Source of the DNA: Eledone cirrhosa
Taxonomy: Eukaryota
Length of the DNA: 64,000 nt
Assembly (NCBI GenBank): GCA_964016885.1
Contig: OZ024742.1
Span: forward strand, 173,042,001 to 173,106,000
Direction: 5' to 3'
Below are positions 52,402-64,000 of this stretch, in pieces. The notes beneath the pieces were generated by a model that saw only the letters and a program-made list of their open reading frames with translations, was not told where the DNA came from and made no database searches. Made by a program: the position numbers and the translations under genes. Each line of letters begins with the position of its first letter. Positions within the stretch are counted from its first letter, which is position 1.

Positions 52402-53157
52402 TATATTTTATTATCTTATTATAATTTTCATCTTTTAATATACTATCCTTCCTAGTTATGACCATTAATTTACCTATCTATATTTTTCATAGTTATCTCT
52501 GTATATTTTATATTTACTTATTTATATTCACCTAAAAATTCCATACAGCACAACTCAACATTTAATTTTTACATACCTTTTTAAACTTCATTCCACCATC
52601 TACATTCAACTATCAATATAACAATCCGTTTTTCCTCATAGGTTCTTTATAGTAATTCTATTTTTAACACCATTCAACAATTCCTCTCAAAGAGTCATGA
52701 CCTCAACTAAAGTGAGTTATATTTTATCTTAACATCATATGGGAAAAAACAATTTCATCGGTTTGTTCTTCAGCTACCTCCAAATAAGGTCATACAACTC
52801 AATTTACTATTAATTTTGAATACAATTCTCATTGCTTTTGACAACGGCTGATGATATACATGTAGGTAAATATATTCCTTATCTGATATTTTGTAACTAA
52901 CCCTACATAGATCGATAACGAAATATGCGTACGATGTCTTATTATCACCTAGAAACCATCGTAAAGCAGTGAAGTATATTTCTAATGACTTGAATTTTTA
53001 TTTCATTGTTTTAACTTATATGATGACCCTGTTTCCCTTTCGATGTTTTTTTTTCTTTTCAGTAATTTATTTTAACCTACAACATTTTCAACATATGGGA
53101 TTACGTTTAGTTTTTCATGCAGCATAGACCCCACAACTAAACGTCGATATTTCTGTG

Positions 53158-54496
<1,339 letters not shown>

Positions 54497-54558
54497 AATA
54501 TTAAAAAAATAATGAATAAAACAATGAAACAGTTCCTTATATTAAACAAAAAAAGTTC

Positions 54559-54707
54559 ATTATTTAACGATCGTTTCTAGGATATATATGTGTTAGAATT
54601 GGCATGCATATTCAACAGATCTATGTACAAAATTATACAAAATTATACAAACTATCAAAATTAAATATACATACCCAACACATATATATGCCGTCTTCAG
54701 AAATAAT
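54559..54707 (-). ncRNA. Type I hammerhead ribozyme with long stem II
   Basis: Minus strand reads auuauuu-CUGAAGA-c-ggcauauauauguguugg...cuaacacauauauaucc-ua-GAAAC-gauc-GUU-aaauaau. 7-bp stem I, palindromic stem III ACGAUCGU. Confidence 0.72.
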
Positions 54708-55314
54708 GAAATATATTTATTGATAATAACAACAATTCAAAATTTCAGGTCCGTTTGGGAACAGAGTTCAAATTGAACAATGAAAATACAAAAAAATTTA
54801 TGCAGTTTGGTGTGTGTATATACATGTAATTAACTTCATACACATATTTACATAAAGATATATGTTCACATGCATACGCATGCCAAAAAGATGTATGCAA
54901 ATACAAAAATTCAAGGCTAATGTCTCTGTAAGTCTATAATCCACAGATAAAATGCGTATAGACACATAAATATGAAATAAATGTATACACACATTCATAT
55001 ACTCACACATATTCGTACACTCACACCCACACGCGCGTATATGCATAAACATACACATAACTACGAACATACATACGCCCCCCCCCCCCACACATATATA
55101 TGTGCATATAGTATTATCATAAGCATATGGACAGTAATGCACGCACATAAACACTGCCACACACATTTAGATCAGGATACAGAAATTATGTGGGAGGGGG
55201 GGAGAGGTCAGTATTCAACGGTTTCGGCAGGCTGCCTATTTATAGATGTATCTATAAACTTAGAAATAAAAAGAAAAGAAAAAGAAAAAGAAAAAAGAAA
55301 TATATCAAGAAAAT

Positions 55315-55346
55315 ATATATATATATATATATATACATCCACACAT

Positions 55347-55377
<31 letters not shown>

Positions 55378-55831
55378 CATATACATATATACATACACAT
55401 ATATACACACATATATATATGATACACATACACATACATATACACATATATACACACACATATATACACACACATGTATATATATATATACACACACATA
55501 TATACACACACATATATATACAAACAAGTAAATATAAAGTATATATCGATATACATAACATATAGACATATAAATAAATACACACGCATACACACACATA
55601 CATATACATACATATACATACACATATATATAACACATACATACATATACATACACATACCATATACATACACATACACATACATAGACGCATACATATA
55701 GAGACACATACATATACACATATAAATACATAGACACATACACACATAAACACATTATATATATATATATATTTTTTTTTTTACACACATATACACATGC
55801 ACGCATACATATATATATATATATACACACA

Positions 55832-55873
<42 letters not shown>

Positions 55874-55933
55874 TATATACACTCACAACACTCGTATATA
55901 TATACACACTCATACATATACACACGCATACAT

Positions 55934-55983
<50 letters not shown>

Positions 55984-56165
55984 ATATATATATATACATA
56001 TATATACAGTCACACCTACATACATATATATATATAAAAATACACTCATATATATACACACATACACATACATACCCACATATAAATATATATATATACA
56101 TAAATATATATATATATATATACACACATACACACATACACATACACACATATATATATATATAA

Positions 56166-56224
<59 letters not shown>

Positions 56225-56346
56225 CACATACATACACATACATACACATATATACATATATACTCACACACACACACCTACACATACATACACATACACA
56301 TATATAAAGATATATATACACACACACACACACACATATATAATAA

Positions 56347-56378
<32 letters not shown>

Positions 56379-56684
56379 ACATATACATACATATATACAT
56401 ACATACATATACATACATATATATACACACATATACATACACACATACACTCATACATACATACACACACACACATACATACACACATATACATACTCAT
56501 ACATAGACATAGATATATACCCACACACACATACGCACTTACATATACGCATATATACAAATACATACACATCCATATATGCGTATATACATACAAACAC
56601 CACTACACGCTCACACAACTCAGACATACAAAGAAAAAGGTATATACATATACATATATACACATATAAATAGAGATACATATA

Positions 56685-56728
<44 letters not shown>

Positions 56729-56830
56729 CCCACACACACGTAGAACCATAAACACACATACAAACACATACATACACACATACATACATGTATATACACA
56801 CACATAAAGACACACATATATACATATATC

Positions 56831-56874
<44 letters not shown>

Positions 56875-57137
56875 TATACATACATACACATACACTCACA
56901 TATATAGACATGCACACACATACATACATACATACATACACATACACATACGTATATATAAAAAAAAAAAAGGTTAATACACACAGTCAGACAAATATGC
57001 ACACACATACATATACATATATGTATATATATATATATACACACATACACATACACACACACACATACATATATATACATACATACATACACACACACAT
57101 ATATATACATACATATACACACATCAACTACAAATAT

Positions 57138-57177
<40 letters not shown>

Positions 57178-57231
57178 TATACATATTTTCACATATATAT
57201 ATATACATACATATATTATATTATAATAATA

Positions 57232-57270
<39 letters not shown>

Positions 57271-57501
57271 TACATATATATACACACACACACACTCACA
57301 TATATATGCGCACATACGTACACATATACACATACACACATATACACATAGACATATACATGTGCATACATGTACATACACACATATACCCACATAGATA
57401 CAAAGATACACATATATATAGAGAGACATACATATACATACACATATATACACACACATACATACTCACATACATATATATACATACACATATACACACA
57501 C

Positions 57502-57586
<85 letters not shown>

Positions 57587-57690
57587 ATCATACACCCTTA
57601 TTTGCATGCGCATATATGTATTTTTATACTTACAAATAAACACCCAAACATATATACACCTACCTACATATACATACATACATACACGCT
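55315..57690. repeat. Degenerate (TA)/(CA) low-complexity array
   Basis: Direct inspection. Confidence 0.95.
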
Positions 57691-57869
57691 TACAAATACA
57701 AATAATAATAGTAGGGGGGAAAGGGGGGGGGGAGAAGGGGATTATAGTAAATACATGTTTCAAGAAACATAGAATATTAATCTGTATTTGGATCCCAATA
57801 TGTGTTTACATAGTTTCAGTATTAGGAAATGCAAGAAAGAAGGCAAAATTATGCATTTCAATATAAGTA

Positions 57870-58800
57870 TACCATTAATTATAGGTTAACTAAACTAAAG
57901 ATAGTTAATATATTGATTTCTAAGGTGTAAATTACTTAGGTTTATAATATTTGAAGCAGAATTTTGAAGTTAAATAGTAGTAGAGTATTAATTATAGTAT
58001 AACTAAATTAAAATTATTAACGTTATGGTATCAATATTAGGAAATGAATTTAGTAATAGGGAAAAAACAAATAAAGTATTACATCGGTAGTAGAATATAA
58101 ATTATAGGTTAACTAAATTAAAAATTATATATTAATTTCTATAGTATATGTTAATTAGGTATATAATAAATAAAACAGATATTGTATTTTATCAATAGTA
58201 GAATATAATTATATGTAAACAGAAATTAAAATTAATACATACACATATACATATACATACATATATATATATACACATATATATACATACATACACATAC
58301 ACATATATACATACATATACATATTTTTTCAAAAATTGCAAAGAATATATTAATTAGGTATACATCCAAAACCCATCCCATTCTATGATTACATGACTCT
58401 CTGCAATCCGTCTGTATTAGGATACTAATTTTAAGCCAATTAAATTAAATTTTTAGGTTGACCAAATTTAAAACCAAGTTATAAATATATTTGTAAAATG
58501 TATATTAATTAGGTCTATAATACTAAAAATTATTTCTCTGTCATTGAATACACGATATTTTGTTATATTTTATCTGTAAAGGAATTTTAATAAAGGGATA
58601 AATAAATTAAAATTAATCTATAAATTAAATTACTAAGTATATATTAGTAATATTTAAAGGTTTTTCACAATTTATGATTACACAATATTTTATATTCTCA
58701 TCTGTAGTAGAATTTTAATTAAATTAAATTTATAGGTTAACAAACATTTAAATTAAATTATATATTAATTTCTAAAATAATGTTATTAATTAGGTTTATA
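57870..58800 (-). repeat. Degenerate tandem reiterations of the Penelope-like ORF 3' end
   Basis: ttaattaggtttataatattt, tataggttaactaaa and tatgattacac motifs recur about 4-6 times. Confidence 0.6.
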
Positions 58801-59772
58801 ATATTTAAATGTTTTTTTTAGTTTATGATTACACGATATAATTAATTCCTGTCGTTTATTTAATAAGATATCCTTAGATTTCATTATTTCAAATAGTTCT
58901 TGGGAACATAATCTACATTCATTTCTATTATTTTGATAAGGGGTGGCTCTTTTGAGCACACTCCAGGTCAAATCATATTCTATATTCTTATTTTTATAAC
59001 TATTGATTTTTTTCTGCTAGAGATGTTGTATTAGCCAGTGCGGCATTTTTAAAACTATGTTTGTGGGTATTAAACCTTGTCTTAAAATTGTTAGAAGTAG
59101 CTCCTATATATGAGCAAATAGAATCTTTAGTTTTAACATTACATTTATAAACTATGTTGTTAACAAGACAATTTCCTTTTAATGGGCAGTTTGCTTTGTT
59201 TCTACAGTTACAACCTTTCGTTAATTCTGTATTTGAGGAGATATTATGGTTAGTTTGATGTATTGGTGGTATACTTATGGTTTTCTTACATTTATATGCA
59301 TTATAGGCACTTATATTTTGTTTTATGTTATTTGTTGTTGAGTATGAGAATTTAACTGTAGACCTATTTAAGATTTGATGGTATTTGTGGTTTGGCGGGA
59401 AGTTTTTCTCTAGGATATAACAAAATTATTTAGCAATATTATCCTTAATTTGTAAATTAAATGGAGCATTATACCAAGTAACCCGTCTATTACGGTTTCT
59501 ATGTTGTTTATTATTTTTATTATTTTTATAGGTTGTATCGTGATGTTTACTAGGAGGATTAATGTTAATGATCTCACCACAACCATTTTTAGTTATATTT
59601 GTAGATTTAGGTGTTTTATCTTTTTTATTAGGAGTTTTATTATTAATATTTATTAGAGTTGTATGATGAGTAGTTTTTTGAGAGTTACTATATTTTATAT
59701 TAGAAGATTTGGTATTTTGGGGTATAGTGTGGGTGGCATTTAGGTGTGTACTTTTCTTTGGTGTTTGTCTCT
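58786..59772 (-). pseudogene. 5'-truncated Penelope-like element: linker + GIY-YIG endonuclease
   Basis: RRVTWYNAPF..FPPNHKYHQILNRSTVKFSYS..CNCRNKANCPLKGNCL..IVYKC..YIGAT..FKTRFNTH..W.VL..CRLC.QE..LLNKRQE..CNH. In the part translated (58786-59520), one TAA stop and one A-run frameshift. Confidence 0.88.
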
Positions 59773-60925
<1,153 letters not shown>

Positions 60926-60926
<1 letters not shown>

Positions 60927-63900
60927 AACTTTGAATAACTTTGAAATGTTTTGGCCAGTATTGGCCCAGGCCATGTCTAACTTAATAGCACCACCTGGCG
61001 AAGTCTTTCAATTCAGGATTTGGGCACCATGGCCCATTCGAGAAGAGAATTACTGTTTGCGGAGACATATCCGGGTGTGGGTGGTTTGTCCGGGATTACT
61101 TGGAGGAATTTGTCCAAAGACTTCTTGAATTTTGTGTGGTCAGTTTCTGTTTTGACGTGTCCTGGTGTGATGTTGAAGAGAGCAGGGCCGATTGAGGTGA
61201 AATAATTGTGCCGTATTGTTGTTATGAGTTGCGATTTAGATTTTTGAATGGGACGGATAGCACGGGGCCCAAGCCTTGGGTGTATCTTGAAGGCGATGCC
61301 AACATCATTTGGGCAGTGATGATGGAACATTTTCCACATCATGCAGATAATATAACGCTCACGGCGACGTTGGAGTGAGTAAAGTTTCAGGTTTTCCAAT
61401 CGACCCCAGTAGTCAAGGTCTGACATGCCATCTATCTTTTTCGTGATTGCCCTTTGAGGAGCTTCAAGTTTCATGATACTTTGTTTCGTGTGGGGAGACC
61501 ACAGTGGACAACAGTATTCAAGGTGTGGTCGGGCGAAAGTAGAGAAGAGAAGGATAATGGTGCGGGAATCTCTCGACTGGAAGGTTCTGAGGATCCAGGA
61601 ACACATTCTGCGGGCCATGTCAACTTTGCTGCTTATATGCGTGGTCCAGCTTATGTTGCTGTCCACGGTTACTCCCAAGTCTCTGATGTTGTTAGATGCC
61701 ACGAGAGTTTCCCCGGAGGGAAGGGAGTACGGGAGTTTCAGAGCATCCTCTTTTCCAAAGTGGATCAGTTCGAATTTGTCTTCGTTCAGTAACATGTTGT
61801 TCTTTTCTGCCCATTGGGTAACAGCCAGTAGGTCTGACTGAAGGCTTATCCGGTCATCCACGCCATTGATGACCTTTTGGAGCTTGGAATCATCAGCGAA
61901 AATTTTAATGTTGCTGTGTTTGATGATGTCAGTGATGTCATTAATATAGATGATGAAGAGAAGTGGGCCCAACACAGTGCCTTGTGGGACTCCACTACTG
62001 ACTTTGGCTGGGCTTGATTTGACTCCCTCAACTACAACATGTTGGGTTCTGTTTGACAGGAAGCTCTTGATCCACTGCAGCAGCTTTCCAGTGACACCAA
62101 TATTGGACAGCTTTCTCAGTAGAATGTTATGATCAACCCTGTCAAAGGCCTTGCTGAAATCAAGGTAGATAACATCAGTGTTGGAACCCTCTCCCAAGGC
62201 TCTCAAAATGTCATCAAAGTGATGCAGTAGTTGCGTCAGGCAATCCCTTCCATTACGGAATCCATGCTGGTTGGAGTTCAGCATATTGTTACTCTCAAGG
62301 AAGTGGGTCATTCGCGATCTCACCACTCGCTCAAATACCTTAATGATATGAGAGGTGAGTGAGATTGGACGGTAATTCACGGCAAGGGATTTGTTTCCCT
62401 TTTTGAAAACTGGGACAACAGACTGGGATAGAAGGTTTTCTGGCACATATCCAGCATCCAGTGAGTTCCGCCACAGATTGGCAAGAGGAGAAGCAAGTTG
62501 GTGTTGACACGCCTTCAAGACACAAGCAGGGAACCTATCGGGACCTACTGCTGAATTATGCTTGATTTCCTTTATTGCCGCCAAGACATCAGGGGCGCCA
62601 AACGTTATGTCCGATAAGGTGTAATGGGGAGTAACATCGCCGATACAGCCCAGATCGGCCATATCAGGATTGCTGAAAACAGAGCAGTATTGTTTCTGCA
62701 GTATCTCACCCATGGTTTTAGCATTGTCTTGAAGAGTGCCATTTTCATCAATTAGAGGGCCAACAGTAGAGCCAGTGATTTTGTGTTTTTTTGCAAATGA
62801 AAAGAACACTTTGGGATTGAGTTTGATCTTCTCAATGGCCCAGGCCTCTTCAGCTCTTCTCTGATTGTTGATGAGGGACATTATGTTGTTTTGGAGGTTA
62901 TGTTTTTTAATCTCTAGTGATGAAATGGCAGTCAAGTTGATGTGTTGCTGCTGACAGTATTTCAGATTGTTGATTTTTTTGTTCGTTCTCTTAATTTTTC
63001 TGATGAGCGTTTTTCTATTTCTAGGGATTCTGCTCTTAGATTTGTTTATAGTTCTTAATGGGGTGTGTTTAGCACATATGTTTGTAACAGTGTCCACAAA
63101 TGTCTGCCAGGACTTTTTGATGTTAGTGGGTGTATGAGTGTGCGTGAAGGACCAGTCGACATGTGCAAGATCATGACTGATCGCTTCCCAGTTTGCATTG
63201 TGGAAATCCATAGCGTCAAACGGATGGGCAGGAGAAATGACATTGGGTTTGTATATTGGACGGTGGAATCTCAGATCACAGAGAACCATGTCATGATCAG
63301 AGAGTAGAGTTTTCTCCACTGCAATATTGTGGATATTGTCAGTGTGATTGCTGAAAATTAAGTCTAGGACGTTTTTGTGGCACCTCGTTGGTTCGAGCAC
63401 TAGTTGGGATAGGAAGAAATCATCCATGAAGTCAAGAAGCGATTCCACAGCTTCCCTGTCAGAGGTTGAGGCAGAAGAACCTGGTGGCAGGGTGTTTGTG
63501 GACCAGTCAACTCCGGGGAGGTTGAAGTCCCCCATCATTAAGATGTTGTCAGGGTGACACTCTTGGATGAAACACTTTATGCTGTTGAGGCATTCCTTGA
63601 AGCATGGTACAGGCGTTTGGGGTGGCCTATAGAGCCCAACTACTAATAGGTTGTTGGTTTGACTGAATACAGTGACTGCTTCACAGTATCCATTAGTGAA
63701 TATGTTCATAGCCTCTGTTGAGAAAGAATTATGGACATAAATGGCAGTTCCGCCCTTTCTTCTGCCAGCGCGATCAGCACGGATGGCTTTGAAATTTTTC
63801 ACTTTCACCTCGGCTTCCAAGTGGAGGTTACTGAGATGGGTTTCAGTGAGGACGAAGAAAGGGATGTGGTTTGGATGGACATCAATCCAGTCCTCCAGGA

Positions 63901-64000
63901 ATTTGATCTTCCATTTTTGAGTATTGGTGGAAGGGCTGATGCCTTGGGCGTTAAGCAAAAATGTAGAGGCGAGGGTGGATGGTTTTAATTGTTTTGGTGT
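60926..64000 (-). mobile_element. CR1-group LINE, 3' end intact, 5' end outside the window
   Basis: Short 3'UTR with ggcca..tggcc stem-loop and duplicated ttcaaagtta terminal repeat abutting (TA)n. Confidence 0.85.
61013..64000 (-). CDS. Uninterrupted APE endonuclease-reverse transcriptase ORF (>981 aa, frame open to the window edge)
   Basis: LNAQG, LTETHL, YRPP, GDFNLP, LDLIF, SDH (APE); [49 protein letters not shown] (CR1-group RT). Confidence 0.92.
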   Translation of the reverse strand, partial: TPKQLKPSTLASTFLLNAQGISPSTNTQKWKIKFLEDWIDVHPNHIPFFVLTETHLSNLHLEAEVKVKNFKAIRADRAGRRKGGTAIYVHNSFSTEAMNIFTNGYCEAVTVFSQTNNLLVVGLYRPPQTPVPCFKECLNSIKCFIQECHPDNILMMGDFNLPGVDWSTNTLPPGSSASTSDREAVESLLDFMDDFFLSQLVLEPTRCHKNVLDLIFSNHTDNIHNIAVEKTLLSDHDMVLCDLRFHRPIYKPNVISPAHPFDAMDFHNANWEAISHDLAHVDWSFTHTHTPTNIKKSWQTFVDTVTNICAKHTPLRTINKSKSRIPRNRKTLIRKIKRTNKKINNLKYCQQQHINLTAISSLEIKKHNLQNNIMSLINNQRRAEEAWAIEKIKLNPKVFFSFAKKHKITGSTVGPLIDENGTLQDNAKTMGEILQKQYCSVFSNPDMADLGCIGDVTPHYTLSDITFGAPDVLAAIKEIKHNSAVGPDRFPACVLKACQHQLASPLANLWRNSLDAGYVPENLLSQSVVPVFKKGNKSLAVNYRPISLTSHIIKVFERVVRSRMTHFLESNNMLNSNQHGFRNGRDCLTQLLHHFDDILRALGEGSNTDVIYLDFSKAFDRVDHNILLRKLSNIGVTGKLLQWIKSFLSNRTQHVVVEGVKSSPAKVSSGVPQGTVLGPLLFIIYINDITDIIKHSNIKIFADDSKLQKVINGVDDRISLQSDLLAVTQWAEKNNMLLNEDKFELIHFGKEDALKLPYSLPSGETLVASNNIRDLGVTVDSNISWTTHISSKVDMARRMCSWILRTFQSRDSRTIILLFSTFARPHLEYCCPLWSPHTKQSIMKLEAPQRAITKKIDGMSDLDYWGRLENLKLYSLQRRRERYIICMMWKMFHHHCPNDVGIAFKIHPRLGPRAIRPIQKSKSQLITTIRHNYFTSIGPALFNITPGHVKTETDHTKFKKSLDKFLQVIPDKPPTPGYVSANSNSLLEWAMVPKS

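Overview
AT-rich, repeat-saturated eukaryotic DNA, intergenic or intronic. No host exon is recognisable. The SINE family and the long (TA)n/(TAA)n/(CA)n tracts resemble an octopus/cephalopod genome (inference). Most long ORFs in the track are microsatellite translations. The genuine coding content is transposon-derived: (1) two R4/Dong-like RT + restriction-like-endonuclease (RLE) retrotransposons, one with an intact 1130-aa ORF, plus a truncated third copy; (2) two near-full-length decayed L1/Tx1 LINEs in opposite orientation plus four 3' fragments; (3) two decayed RTE LINEs; (4) a CRE-like RLE 3' fragment; (5) a CR1-group LINE with an intact APE-RT ORF that runs off the window; (6) a Penelope-like GIY-YIG fragment; (7) mariner, hAT and Helitron-like remnants. 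Three things stand out beyond that inventory. First, many (TA)n-embedded hairpin palindromes and direct repeats carry type I hammerhead ribozyme cores with very long stem-II insertions (Penelope pLTR/retrozyme-like). Second, there is (TTA)n-guided stacking: Tx1 copies sit in (TTA)n tracts and RLE elements repeatedly sit tail-to-tail in Tx1 tails. Third, one SINE copy has a dense, one-directional A-to-G substitution cluster resembling an ADAR footprint. All alignments and folds were done by eye and boundaries are approximate.
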